Shown here: positions 27,258 to 38,000 of the stretch, piece after piece
Layout of the letters: every line of letters starts with the position of its first letter
Position numbering within the stretch: position 1 is the first letter of the stretch
IMG/VR virus record: IMGVR_UViG_2795385758_000004
Span: 22,292 to 86,291 of that record
DNA: 64,000 nucleotides
Strand: one strand, 5' to 3'
DNA from: a virus
Taxonomy: Duplodnaviria; Heunggongvirae; Uroviricota; Caudoviricetes
Notes under the pieces: generated by a model
Told to the model about the DNA's origin: nothing
What the model saw: the letters and a program-made list of their open reading frames with translations, nothing else
Database searches by the model: none
Translations under genes and position numbers: made by a program

Positions 27258-28313
27258 TTACTGGTATGCGCGGCACCAGGCGCCGCCTGCGCCGCCGACG
27301 CCGCCGGGGCCGCCGAAGTTGGCACCGCCGGCACCGGCACCGCCGGGCGCGTAGCCCGTTCCGCCATCGGAGGTTTGCGTGGCACCACCCGGGTAGGTCA
27401 CGCCGTTGTAGGTCTTGTCGCCCGGGCCGGGGCCGTCGTTGGCGTTGATGCCGGTGGGGTGCCGCGGGCCACCAGCGCCGCCAGCAGCGGACAGGCCCGC
27501 CCACCCGTCGCCGATAGCGGTGGTTGCCGCACCTGGGCCACCCGCGGTTCCGGCGAAACCGCCGCTACCCTTTGCGCCGCCTGCGCCGATGACGAATGTC
27601 AGGGTTGTTGTGGTCCAGGGAATGTGGATGCCGCGCTCCAAAGTGGTGGTGGCCCAGGTTCCCGGGCTGCCGGGGAAGCCGCCGAGTAGGTAGAACGTGC
27701 CCGAGCTCGCACCGCCGCCGCCAGCGCCGACCAGCGCCAGATCGAGATAGCGGCACCACACCGGGATCGGGACCACGGTCGTGCCGACTGCGGTGATCGC
27801 GGTCAGCGCTGCCGGTTGCGGACTGAACCGGGCGGTGGCGGTATCGGTCCCGATGGCTTGACTGGCGCTGGAGGGAAGCCGAACCCGCGACAGCACCGCG
27901 ATATCGGCGGCCGTGGCGGCACCGACGGCGGCCCCGCGGGGGAGCATCTGCGCCATCTCGGCGGCCACGGCCGAATCAGTGGCGCGCACACCGGAGCGGG
28001 CCGAGTCGGCACCTATCCCGGCGTCTCGTGCAGCCACGCGCAGCTTCGCCCGCGCCAGGTCGGCGCCCCGGCCGGCATCACTGGCGCGTAGGCCCACTCC
28101 TGCGACGGCGAGGTCTGCGCTAACACCCTGATCGATGCCCGTGTGGGCCACCCGCAGCAGATGGGCCAGATCGGCGCCGACTGCCGAGTCCGCGACAGTG
28201 ACCCGTGGCATCCAGACCCACTTGCCCATGGATGGCGGCGAGGGCGGATCGGGCTTGGTCGACCACCTACTCGATTGCCCCGAGGGCGCAGACGGATTGG
28301 TGGACCAGGGCAT
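27258..28313 (-). CDS. glycine-rich minor tail protein
   Basis: Starts MPWSTNP. Gly-rich C-terminal half. Homolog of 10524..11678. Confidence 0.7.
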   Translation of the reverse strand: MPWSTNPSAPSGQSSRWSTKPDPPSPPSMGKWVWMPRVTVADSAVGADLAHLLRVAHTGIDQGVSADLAVAGVGLRASDAGRGADLARAKLRVAARDAGIGADSARSGVRATDSAVAAEMAQMLPRGAAVGAATAADIAVLSRVRLPSSASQAIGTDTATARFSPQPAALTAITAVGTTVVPIPVWCRYLDLALVGAGGGGASSGTFYLLGGFPGSPGTWATTTLERGIHIPWTTTTLTFVIGAGGAKGSGGFAGTAGGPGAATTAIGDGWAGLSAAGGAGGPRHPTGINANDGPGPGDKTYNGVTYPGGATQTSDGGTGYAPGGAGAGGANFGGPGGVGGAGGAWCRAYQ

Positions 28314-30760
28314 CAGACCGCCTTGATCGCGGCGTACCCCGCGGCACCCCAGCCGCCGGTACCGGCGCTGCCCCCGGTACCACCGGCACCGCCCGCGCCG
28401 CCGCCGCCGGGCCCGTTGCCCGGGGCTCCGTTGGCCGCACCTACCGACGCGCTGGGCGGGGTGTTCTGCCCGCCCTTGAACAGGCGCGCGGAGAACCCAA
28501 GATCGCCGGGGCCGTAGCCCACCGAGTCGCGGTTGTAGAAGCTGCCATAGGCCAGGCGCCCCAGTCGGCCACCAGCGCAGCGCAGAATTTCGCTGTTGTC
28601 GGTGCCGTTGCGGAACACGATGTCGTGGCCCGGCTTGCCGTCGGTCTCCTTGCTGCCGGGCTCGCCGCCAATACCTGTGGGTGAACCCACACGCTCGGAC
28701 TGCACCGTGATCTGAGTGACGGACACCGGGATGTCGACGCCGCGCTCCAGCCGTAGCGAGTTCCAGGAACCGCCGCCGCCACCCTCGCCGGGCTTGTTCC
28801 AGCCGCCGTCACCGCCGCCGCCCCCACCACCGCCACCGCAGCCCGCCAGGTACAGCACGGTGCTGGCGCTGGGGATGTCGTAGACGGACAGGGGCAGGTT
28901 CGCCCCGGTGGGTGAGTACTCGGTCCATTGATCTGCCAAGTTGGTCGACTCGCCCAGGGCGCCCCATACCGGCGTGAATTCCACGTGCCCGCCCACCAGG
29001 GTGGGCAGGGAGGTGTAGCCGGTGCCGCCGTCCTGGGTGAAGAACAGGGGGATGTTCTGCACGACTTCCAGCACGGTCGGCATGGCCGGTGTGGTGTAGA
29101 GGCCCTGCGGGTTGCCGACCTGCAGCACACCGATGAACGCGGTGTGGCCCTTGGGCACCGTCAATCCCGGCGACGGAATTGTCAGAGCTTGCACGCGGCT
29201 GGTGCCCGATAGCCGTGCCTTGACGTTCCCGAGGTCGACGGCCTTCTGAATTTGCAGCGACTCATTGATCCGGTACACGCCCACGTAGCACTGCGTCATG
29301 CCATTGCCGGTGATGGCGAATTTCACGGTTCGATACGTGCGCTCAACACCCGGCGTGATGGGGATGAACACCAGCTTTTGGTCGGCCGGCACGAATGTCG
29401 ACTGTGCATTGATGATGGGGAACGACACATCGTCGTTGATGCCTGTGGACATCCAGCGAGGGGTCAGTCGTGGCAGGTTCACAACGTCGGTGGCGTACAC
29501 CGCGGCCGCGTACGCGTCATCGGCCTTCTTCTTGAGGGCAGCGGTCGCGGTGGAAACATCGACAGGACCCCTGCCGCTAGATCCGTCCCCAAATACCGCG
29601 TTCCATAAGTTGTTCCACGTGTCCTTGAGGTCTTCTCCGATGTCGGTGCTGCCGATCGGGCTGTGCACCTTGGCCGGGGGCAGCTTCGGGATATTGCCCA
29701 ACCCGAGTAGCCCGATGATTTCCTCGGCGGTGATCTTGCCGTCGGCGGTGATCGCGGCGAATCGCTGCTCGAAATCGTCGATGTCCGAATTGGCTTTGCC
29801 GCCAAGGGTGTCAAAGAACGATCTCCACTTGCCGAGCAGCGGCCCGAGGTTCGACATGACCGAGGTGACGTTAGAGAAGTGGATGCGGCCGCCGCTGGCG
29901 CCCTCGGTGACCACCAGGGTCACTGTCGCGGACTTGACCGATCCGTCGGTCGGCACCGTCCACGAGCCAGTCAGGCTGGCACGTATCCAGGACGAATCCG
30001 CGGCCACGGGCTGAATTTTCTTGATGACGATATCGGGGAGCTTGGTGCCATCGGTGGCAAACGGGGTGATGCACAACCGGATCGGATTGGACCCCGCTGC
30101 AGCCGAGACGCCTTGCCACATCGCCGATGCGGAGATGTCCACCGCCTGGCCGGCAGCTACGTTGAACGGGTCTTTGATGCTGATCGCATGCAGCTGGCCA
30201 TCGGCGTTGAGGTAGATCGACTTGCCCGACAGGTGCCCGTTCTGGGCGGCGTCGAATCGCCAGTACGGGTTGTCCTCGACCATCTTCGGGTCGGTGAATC
30301 CGCCAGCGCCGCCCAGTAGGTCGTGGGCCACATCAGCCACCCACGACGCCGGTATAACGCCCTTGAGGAACTGGCCCGCCACCTTGGCGATAGCAGTCAG
30401 GATCGATTCGGGGTGGGCCAGATCGATGCCAGCCAGGGCGTTGCGGATACCGAGGGCCCATGTCCCTAAATCATTTTCGTCGCCGTCCTCGATCCCGGTC
30501 AGCAGCTCGACCAGATCGCCGAGACCAGGTTTGTCTTTGGCCCACTCGCGCAGCTGATCAAACGAACCCACACCGGGAATGAGGTGCCCCATGACCGCGA
30601 GCACCACGCGACCGAGGAACTGCTCAATGAACCCCTTGCCGAACTCCTGGAGCTCTTGGGCTGTGAACGGCCTCGTGAGACCGCCACCCTGCTCGCGGTG
30701 TACCGGGGCCGAGGGGACATCTCTTGCCCAATCGGGGATCTCGGGCAGGTTGTCGCTCAC
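28313..30760 (-). CDS. large minor tail protein (putative receptor-binding protein)
   Basis: GTG at 30760 overlaps the upstream TGA (GTGA). The longer extension in the track overlaps the previous gene. Homolog of 7510..10194. Contains a G(9) run. Confidence 0.65.
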   Translation of the reverse strand: MSDNLPEIPDWARDVPSAPVHREQGGGLTRPFTAQELQEFGKGFIEQFLGRVVLAVMGHLIPGVGSFDQLREWAKDKPGLGDLVELLTGIEDGDENDLGTWALGIRNALAGIDLAHPESILTAIAKVAGQFLKGVIPASWVADVAHDLLGGAGGFTDPKMVEDNPYWRFDAAQNGHLSGKSIYLNADGQLHAISIKDPFNVAAGQAVDISASAMWQGVSAAAGSNPIRLCITPFATDGTKLPDIVIKKIQPVAADSSWIRASLTGSWTVPTDGSVKSATVTLVVTEGASGGRIHFSNVTSVMSNLGPLLGKWRSFFDTLGGKANSDIDDFEQRFAAITADGKITAEEIIGLLGLGNIPKLPPAKVHSPIGSTDIGEDLKDTWNNLWNAVFGDGSSGRGPVDVSTATAALKKKADDAYAAAVYATDVVNLPRLTPRWMSTGINDDVSFPIINAQSTFVPADQKLVFIPITPGVERTYRTVKFAITGNGMTQCYVGVYRINESLQIQKAVDLGNVKARLSGTSRVQALTIPSPGLTVPKGHTAFIGVLQVGNPQGLYTTPAMPTVLEVVQNIPLFFTQDGGTGYTSLPTLVGGHVEFTPVWGALGESTNLADQWTEYSPTGANLPLSVYDIPSASTVLYLAGCGGGGGGGGGDGGWNKPGEGGGGGSWNSLRLERGVDIPVSVTQITVQSERVGSPTGIGGEPGSKETDGKPGHDIVFRNGTDNSEILRCAGGRLGRLAYGSFYNRDSVGYGPGDLGFSARLFKGGQNTPPSASVGAANGAPGNGPGGGGAGGAGGTGGSAGTGGWGAAGYAAIKAV

Positions 30761-31596
30761 AGCGGCCAGGCCTCTATGTTGAAGTGCGACATCGCGGCGG
30801 TGGCGGTGTACGTCGATGTGCCAGTTTGGCGCTCGCACCGGATGTGTACGGTGGCCGAGGTGCCAGCGGGAATGGTGTCGTAGTCGTCGGTGGTGCTGCC
30901 GGGGCCGATGGGCTTGCCCGGTGAGAACGCCAGCCGATCAGTCTGGGCGATGCCCACGCAGCGGCCCACGATGTTGCCGTTGGCCTCGCCGTTGATCCGG
31001 GCCAGCAGATTCACGCGCACGTCGGCCGCTTCGCCGGTAACGACCGTTTGGCCTTGCGCGCGGATACGCCGAGGCCACGGGCGGGGAGGGATGTCGATCG
31101 CGGCCATAGTCCCGTTCGCGTTGCCCGTACCGATGTTCTTGATCTCGCCCGGGTAGAACACCTCGGCAACCTTTTGCGGCACAAGCTCAAAACCGAGCAG
31201 GTCGGTTTTGACGGCCGGAATCCACCCCGCCTTGGGATTAGTCGACAGGTCCAGCGGATTCCAGCGTGTCGCGCCGTCTTTACCGGTCTTGCCGGTGTGT
31301 AGCGCCAGGTGCATCTTCCACCTGCCGGGCGTGTTGTCCGTTGGGGGAGTAATGAGTTCGAAAAATGCTGAATCGGGTGTCGCGTCTTCGGGGGCCAGTG
31401 GTGTCAGGTCGATCTTCTCGTCGAACTCGGCGTGCTTTCCGGGCGGGCCCTGCTCGACCCCGGACACCCCTCCCATGATTCCGCCGTCTTCGCGCAGCAG
31501 CACGTGCGCCACCCCGGTGCCGTCGACCGGGACCAGGGTGTAGCCCTGTCCCTGGTAGTAGCGTGCGCCGTTGAAATCGACGATAGGCCAAGCCAT
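30757..31596 (-). CDS. minor tail protein
   Basis: 279 aa within the tail operon. Confidence 0.5.
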   Translation of the reverse strand: MAWPIVDFNGARYYQGQGYTLVPVDGTGVAHVLLREDGGIMGGVSGVEQGPPGKHAEFDEKIDLTPLAPEDATPDSAFFELITPPTDNTPGRWKMHLALHTGKTGKDGATRWNPLDLSTNPKAGWIPAVKTDLLGFELVPQKVAEVFYPGEIKNIGTGNANGTMAAIDIPPRPWPRRIRAQGQTVVTGEAADVRVNLLARINGEANGNIVGRCVGIAQTDRLAFSPGKPIGPGSTTDDYDTIPAGTSATVHIRCERQTGTSTYTATAAMSHFNIEAWPL

Positions 31597-31611
31597 GTGG
31601 GTTACCTCCGG

Positions 31612-33318
31612 TTAGGACTGGGGGGCCAGTGTGATGACGTTGATGGCTTCGAATGCGCCAGTGATGAAGCGTTGAATCCTGCCCAAGGGGGCCTCGTCGC
31701 GGCGGCCGTCACCGAGCTGCACCAAGGTGGTCTGCTCGGTGGGGGTGATGCGCCACATGGTGTTTTCGATGTAGTCGGTGATCATCTTGGTTCGGCGGTG
31801 ATACACCAGCGACATCAGGCCGCCCTCGAAAATGTCTCGGCCCAAGGCATATTGGTCACCGTTGCGGAAAGTGACCTGCGCCGTGGTAGCACCTTGGGCA
31901 TCGAAAATCGCGTTGATGAACGCGAACATGGTTTCGATGTTGTACGGGGCGCTGGCGGTCGGGTAGAACCGCTCGATCGCCGGATGAAAAGGGCCCACCT
32001 CGTCGCGGACCTGGTACACCTGGACCATCTGGAACGCCAGGAAGCTGTTGTTCAGGAATCCCGAGAGCAGATCCGACGGGATGCCGGAGAACCCGACCAC
32101 GATCATCAGCGAATCGATCAACCATGCGAAGGTGGCATTCATTAAGTCGTTCAACCACTTTGGAGAACGGCCGCCGATGATGTGTTGCCAGCCCTCGGGG
32201 GTGTGGTCGGCGATTTCGCAGTTGATGATGTTGGAGTCCTCGCCCTCTTCGGGGGCGACGACGTAGGCGTAGGGCTGCTCGAAATCGACACCGAGCTTGG
32301 GGGCGTAGAACACCCCGTTCATACCGGGTACCTGCTGGATGACTGGCTTGAAGATGTCACCGAGTGATCCGCCGAGGTCGATCACCGTCTTGATCACCGA
32401 ATCGGCAACGGTTTTGGTGGGCCCCGAGATCTGCTGGCGGTCCCGGGTGGAAAACACGTAGGTGGGCGAATCGAGGTTGGCCCACTTGTCCGGTTGCGGG
32501 TCACCCGGGCGCCACAGGTCCATGCGGGTGTCCACACCGTAGGCGCGGGTGACATCCTTGATGACCGTTCCGCAGGTTTCCATGCGAACGGTCTTGGCGC
32601 ACATGGGCGATGTGTCCAGGAACGGGTTGGTGCGCTGCACATAGGTGGGGGTGCGCAGCATCTTGCCGAAGGTCTGCACCGAGAGCTTGTCGCGCTTGAG
32701 GGCTTGCAAGATGGTGCCCATCCATGCCCGGATGTCGCCGTTGAGTGACAGGCCGTTGTTGACGAACTCCAGCCACCCGGACTGGATGCGCAGCGCGCAT
32801 TCGGCGACCATGTTCTCCACGCAGGTCTGTAGCGCCCAGATGAAGATTGCGTGCGAAATGGGCTGGGCGGCAAGGGGAAGCCACCACGTCGGCCAGATCA
32901 CGTAGTAGTTCAGGATGTCCCAAATGCCGCGCATCTCGACATTGCCTGTCCACGCGCCCTTTTCGTAGCGGTAGCGGTGAACCTTGGTGTAGAAGTTCTG
33001 TCGGCTGCCGGCGGTCTCCATCTCGACCCCGACCAGGGTGTTGCGGCAGTCCATGAACATCTGGATCAGTGGCGAGCTGCCCTTGAGCATCAGCTTTCCG
33101 GTGGGGCAGTCGTTGCGCGGCCGGGCGCCCGAACCCTCCATCAGGTCAGAGCCCACCGAGGCCATCGGGGTCCACATCTTGTCGCAGACGGTGAACCGAT
33201 AGCTGGTGTCGACCTTCGAGTTTTTCTCGGTCAGGGCGCGGGCGGTGGTGGCGATCCGCGCGATATCGCCCGAGCGCTTGGCGGCCTCCCAGCGCTGCTC
33301 ATCGGATATGGGCATCAC
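31612..33318 (-). CDS. minor tail protein
   Basis: 568 aa. Homolog of 5334..7100. Confidence 0.6.
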   Translation of the reverse strand: MMPISDEQRWEAAKRSGDIARIATTARALTEKNSKVDTSYRFTVCDKMWTPMASVGSDLMEGSGARPRNDCPTGKLMLKGSSPLIQMFMDCRNTLVGVEMETAGSRQNFYTKVHRYRYEKGAWTGNVEMRGIWDILNYYVIWPTWWLPLAAQPISHAIFIWALQTCVENMVAECALRIQSGWLEFVNNGLSLNGDIRAWMGTILQALKRDKLSVQTFGKMLRTPTYVQRTNPFLDTSPMCAKTVRMETCGTVIKDVTRAYGVDTRMDLWRPGDPQPDKWANLDSPTYVFSTRDRQQISGPTKTVADSVIKTVIDLGGSLGDIFKPVIQQVPGMNGVFYAPKLGVDFEQPYAYVVAPEEGEDSNIINCEIADHTPEGWQHIIGGRSPKWLNDLMNATFAWLIDSLMIVVGFSGIPSDLLSGFLNNSFLAFQMVQVYQVRDEVGPFHPAIERFYPTASAPYNIETMFAFINAIFDAQGATTAQVTFRNGDQYALGRDIFEGGLMSLVYHRRTKMITDYIENTMWRITPTEQTTLVQLGDGRRDEAPLGRIQRFITGAFEAINVITLAPQS

Positions 33319-33358
33319 GAGATGGCCCCTGGATCGCAGGGGCGCAACGCATTGCGCA

Positions 33359-35089
33359 TTAGAGCGGGTATCTCCGTCGCGGCGTGCCCGAGGCGATGAT
33401 CTTGGAGTCGGCGTTGCCGCCCTCGATCGAGACCTTCACGAAATACGGCTGCGCGGGATTGCCCGGTGATTTCGGTGGTATCGCCGCGTTCTTGGAGAAG
33501 CGGCCCTTGAGGTACTTGTACAGCGGGCCTTGCGGCGGGGTGATGCCGAACTGCGACTTGATCTGATCGGCGAACGCCGTACCGTTCATGCCCGCAAAGC
33601 TCATGAACTTCTCGATCGCCTCCTGGAACAAATCGAGTTCCTGCGGTGAGGGCGGCACCGAGGTTAGGTCTTTCACCAAGGTGGTGTGCACGCGCGGATC
33701 GGTGCGCAAAAACACCACCTGATTGGGTAGCAGCGGCCCGAATTCGACATATTGGTCCGAGCCGGGCCCGTCGTAGATTTTGACCTTGGTGAACGGCCCG
33801 AACAGCACGTAGTCGTCGTACATGTCCTGATCACCGATGTTGATGCGCTTGAGGAACCCGGTTTGCGCCACGGCAGCGTTATCGCCCGCGGCCAGCTTGC
33901 GGATAGCGGACGGCGTTGCCTGGCTGATCACCGCACCGGCAGCGAACATGCCGTTGCCGACGCCCCGATGCGCTGCCCCCAGAGGCGAGCCCGTGCCGGT
34001 TTCGGTGACCGACAAGATCTCCATGTCGTTGCGCAGCACGCGGAACGTGCGCGGGTGATCCTCGGTGCCGCACACCAGTGTGAACTTCTCGCCCGGCAGC
34101 GGCCCGATGGGGATGGCCAGCGGCCAGCTGCGCAAGGTGGTCTCAACGAAGTTGATCGTGTAGTACAGGCGCAGGTATCCGGCGCCGTACTCGACGAACA
34201 CCCCGTCGCCCGCCCAGCTGCCGTCAGGATTGCGGTTCATGCGCGCGCCCAGGATGTTTCGGCCCGAGTCGGGCACCGACCACTCCTGAAATCCCCCGTG
34301 CACCTGGGAGACGACCTGGTTATCGGTATCGGTGGCGAAATCGGGCCAGGGCCCGTTGATGACCCGGCGCCATTGGGTGCCAAACCCGTGTTCGGGGTCG
34401 TCCCACCAACGCATTTGGTCGTTGTAGGACGTGCAGAACCCGCCGCCGGGGCCGCTGTAGCGCTGCGGAACCGCGCCGAGATCCTTGGTTTGGCGATGAT
34501 CGGTCGCGAAGGTGTCGGTAATCGCGTCGTAGGTGAACGCGAAGGAGTCCGCGTGGTCGAACGACTTCCAGGTGCCGGTGTCGGCCTGTAGCCGCAACGT
34601 GGCTTTCTGCGAGGTGCCCTTGCGCATAGCCGAAACCGGATCGGGTTGCCCGCCTTGGAACCAGCGCACGTCGGCCCACCAGTACCCGGCATCGTGATCG
34701 AAAAAGTCCAGCCGGGAACACTTGATGGCGTCCAGCGAATCGATCAGATGCCGATAGACCCGGCGCGTGCGCGCGGCGTTGCGGCCCCGGCACTTGACCG
34801 TGAGCTTGACCTCGACCGGATCCAAAAACGCGTCGATATGGTGAACGCCATCCTCGGTCGCACCCTTCTGGGTGACGTGCTTCCATGGCGCGATGAGGCC
34901 TTCGAGGTCGATCAAATGCACGGCTTCTGGCGCCGTGTACGGGTCGGGAATCGCGTATCCGCCGATCATGAACATCTCGACCGACCCGTCAAAGGCGGTC
35001 AGGCGCATCATGGGCTTTTCGCCGTTGACGAGGTGATACCAGCCATGGGGTGTGACGGGGTTGGCCGGATAGCGGATCGTCACGGTCAC
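33359..35089 (-). CDS. minor tail protein (distal tail protein-like)
   Basis: GTG at 35089 overlaps the TMP stop (GTGA). Homolog of 3764..5167. The longer N-terminal extension in the track overlaps the TMP and is rejected. Confidence 0.6.
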   Translation of the reverse strand: MTVTIRYPANPVTPHGWYHLVNGEKPMMRLTAFDGSVEMFMIGGYAIPDPYTAPEAVHLIDLEGLIAPWKHVTQKGATEDGVHHIDAFLDPVEVKLTVKCRGRNAARTRRVYRHLIDSLDAIKCSRLDFFDHDAGYWWADVRWFQGGQPDPVSAMRKGTSQKATLRLQADTGTWKSFDHADSFAFTYDAITDTFATDHRQTKDLGAVPQRYSGPGGGFCTSYNDQMRWWDDPEHGFGTQWRRVINGPWPDFATDTDNQVVSQVHGGFQEWSVPDSGRNILGARMNRNPDGSWAGDGVFVEYGAGYLRLYYTINFVETTLRSWPLAIPIGPLPGEKFTLVCGTEDHPRTFRVLRNDMEILSVTETGTGSPLGAAHRGVGNGMFAAGAVISQATPSAIRKLAAGDNAAVAQTGFLKRINIGDQDMYDDYVLFGPFTKVKIYDGPGSDQYVEFGPLLPNQVVFLRTDPRVHTTLVKDLTSVPPSPQELDLFQEAIEKFMSFAGMNGTAFADQIKSQFGITPPQGPLYKYLKGRFSKNAAIPPKSPGNPAQPYFVKVSIEGGNADSKIIASGTPRRRYPL

Positions 35090-38000
35090 ATCCCCGGCCC
35101 GGAGTTGCGGGCTTGCTGATGGAATGCGATATCGCGGCCGGTGCCGTCCTCGGTGGCGCGGTTGTTGGTGACGTGGATGTTTGTGTCGCCCGCCTTGACT
35201 GGGCCGCCTTGGGCGTTCGGGTCGCCCTGATTGGGGTTTGGTGGCGCGGTCGCCTTGCCGGCCACGTTCGGGATCGCCGGGGCAGCACCAGCGACACCAC
35301 CGAGGATCTTGGTCAGCCAGCTCTTGTTGGCCAGCTCCGAGCCCGCGGTCGGCAGCACCGTATCCATCAAGCCCTGCACCCCGATACCTGCGGCCTGTGC
35401 ACCGAACTGAATCGCCCTGTTGGCCAGCTTGATTCCGGTCTGCGCTGCCTGCCCGGCACCTGGGGCGAAGATGTCGGCCGCCGAGGCGGCCATCCCGATC
35501 GCGGTATCGATGGTGCCGCCGGGAGTGATACCGACCCCGCCTGCACCCGAACCGGTCGCCGGTTCCACACCACCAATGCGCGTCGATGACGGGCTCCACG
35601 CCTGCGCAGGCCCGGTAGCCCCACCCCACCCGCCGCCAGCGGCCGGAATACCCGCTGTCAGGGCAGGATTGGTCAACGTCGGATCGCTCATCACCGGATC
35701 GGTGACCGCTAAGCCAGGACCGGCCGTCTTGGGGTAGAGCGCCCGATAATCGACCGTGGGCCCGATCGGCTGCGGCGACGGTGCGCTCGACGTGCCCGAA
35801 CCAAGGGGCATGTAGTACTGCTTGGGGAACTGCTTATCGAGGGCACCGGCCGCCGAGCCTCCCAGCATCGGGCCGTGTCCTCCACCAGATTCGAAATTCA
35901 TGCCGTTGGGCAGCGTCGCGGCCATGTGGCCCTGCTGCCCCGGCAGGGGATTCACACCGACATTGAAGGCCCCCGGCTGATATCCGGGCAGGAAACCGAG
36001 CTTGGCAGCGCTGGCATCGGTGGCGAACGCAGTGGTATCGAACAGCCGTGCCGGTGAGGACTTCCCGTCGCGCAGCACCTCCACCAAATCCGAGACGGCA
36101 CCCGAGCAGTCGGCCAGCCCGTTCTGCAGATCAGATGCCGGAGCGTACTTTCCGCCACGCGCGGCCAATGCATACATCGCGGCGAGGTTGGGGGTTACAC
36201 CCTGTTGCAGCGCCATCGGCCCGATGCCCGCCATGGCAACGTCCTGGGCAACACCTGTGTACTGCGGCCCAAACACGCCCTGGGCGGCCAGGATGCCCAT
36301 AGCGCCGTATCCGCCCTTGGACGGGTTGAGTTGGCTGACCGCGCCGAGCTGGCCAAGGATCGGGGCCGCCGCCATATTGGCCAGGAACTTGGTCAGATTC
36401 TCGGCCAGCCCCGGCAGGCCCTTGGAGATCCCGAAATCCTTGTCTAGTGCGGCACCGATCTGGCCCATGCCGTCGGCGAGGCCCTGCGTAGAGCTCTCCA
36501 GCTTCTTCCACGTACCTTGCTGCGCCTCAGCCAGTTTCATCTGCGCCGAAACGTACGAGCGTTCGGCGTCGGCAACCTGGTTGCGCGCTCGCAGTAGTGC
36601 GTCCTGATCGGCGTTACCCTGCTGCTCCAGCCGGATCAACGCAATGCGGTCTTGCTCCAGAGAGTTCTTGGCCCGGATCGCCGACGACTCAGCGTCATAC
36701 ACCCGCATGGGGTCGACCTCGTAGCGACCGAGACCGGGCCCGCCCTTGGGAGACGAAACGAGCACCCCGGGCGCTGCGGTGGGCGCCGTGGCCAATCCTG
36801 GCGGCATGGCAACGGGCTTTGACTCCACCGACCAAAGACTCGGATCGATCGGGGCCTTGGTCTTGTCGTCGTCCCCGGCCGGTGCGATCGGCTTCCTGTC
36901 GCCTGCCTGCGGACCGTTATCGACAGCATTGCCGCGCTGGGCATCCGGCGGGGGCAGGGCGGTCCCGGGGGCGAGCGCGCTGCCGAGCAGTGTCCGTGCT
37001 GAGTTGTCGCCGGGTGCCGGAGGCAGGACGGTTGAGCCCGCGCCCGGCGCACCGGGAAGGGTGTTGGCCAGGATGTCGGTACCGGGATGCGTACCGCCGA
37101 GCGGTGCAGCGTATTGCGGCGGTGGCGGCGAGGAACTGAACAGATCCTTGATCATCGTCGGGATGTCCCTGATGACAGGCAGATCCACAAACCAATCCGA
37201 GATACTGGTCTTTAGGTCGGTGAACCACTGATCGACCGTCTTGGTTGCGCTTTCCCATTCGGACTTGAACGTCTCCGTCGCGGTCTTAGTCGATCGCTGC
37301 GAGGTGTCTTGCAGATCCTTGAACTGGTTTTTAGCCGGGTCGAGGTCGAGTTTGTTGACAGCATCGCCCATGTCCTCCCACTGCGTGCCGAAAAGGCGTT
37401 GCCACACAAGGGCTTGCTGAACCGGGTCATCTAGATTGCGTAGTCCGGTGAGCACCGCTGCAAATGCTTGGTGTGCTTGCTCGCCGCCTGCGGAGAAGCG
37501 CCGTCCCATCTCGTCGGCGTTGAACCCCAGCGCCTCGAAACCTTCCTTGGTTGACTTGCTGCCGTCGACCGCGCGGATGCTGAATTCCTTGAGGGAGTCG
37601 GCCACCTTGTCGGTGTCGCGGGCACCGCCCTCGATGCCTTGCTTGAGCAGCGTCATTGTCTCGCTGCCGGTCAGGCCGAGCTTGCGGAATTGCGTGGAGT
37701 ACTCGCCGATAGAGTCGAGCCAGTCGCCGGTTACGTCCAGGCCCTTCTGTGAGCCCGCGGTGATGATGTCGAGCGCTTCGGTGACGCTATTGGCAAGGCC
37801 GGTGCGCATGAGTTGGGTCGCGGAGTGCGCGAGCTCTTGCGGGGTCTTCTCGACGACCTGCGCCACACCTTGGAGCTGCTGAATCGTGTACTGAATTTCG
37901 TCATCGGGCGAGTTGGGCTTGATCAGGTTGTTGCGCAGGGCCGCTTGAGCGACGCTGAGGTTGTCCGCTACGGAGGCGCCGAAGTTGTTGGCGTAGGACT

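Noticed and set aside
27596-28517. Several Pro/Ala/Arg-rich + strand ORFs inside the glycine-rich tail gene region
   Set aside because: Complement-strand artefacts of the GGN-rich coding sequence.
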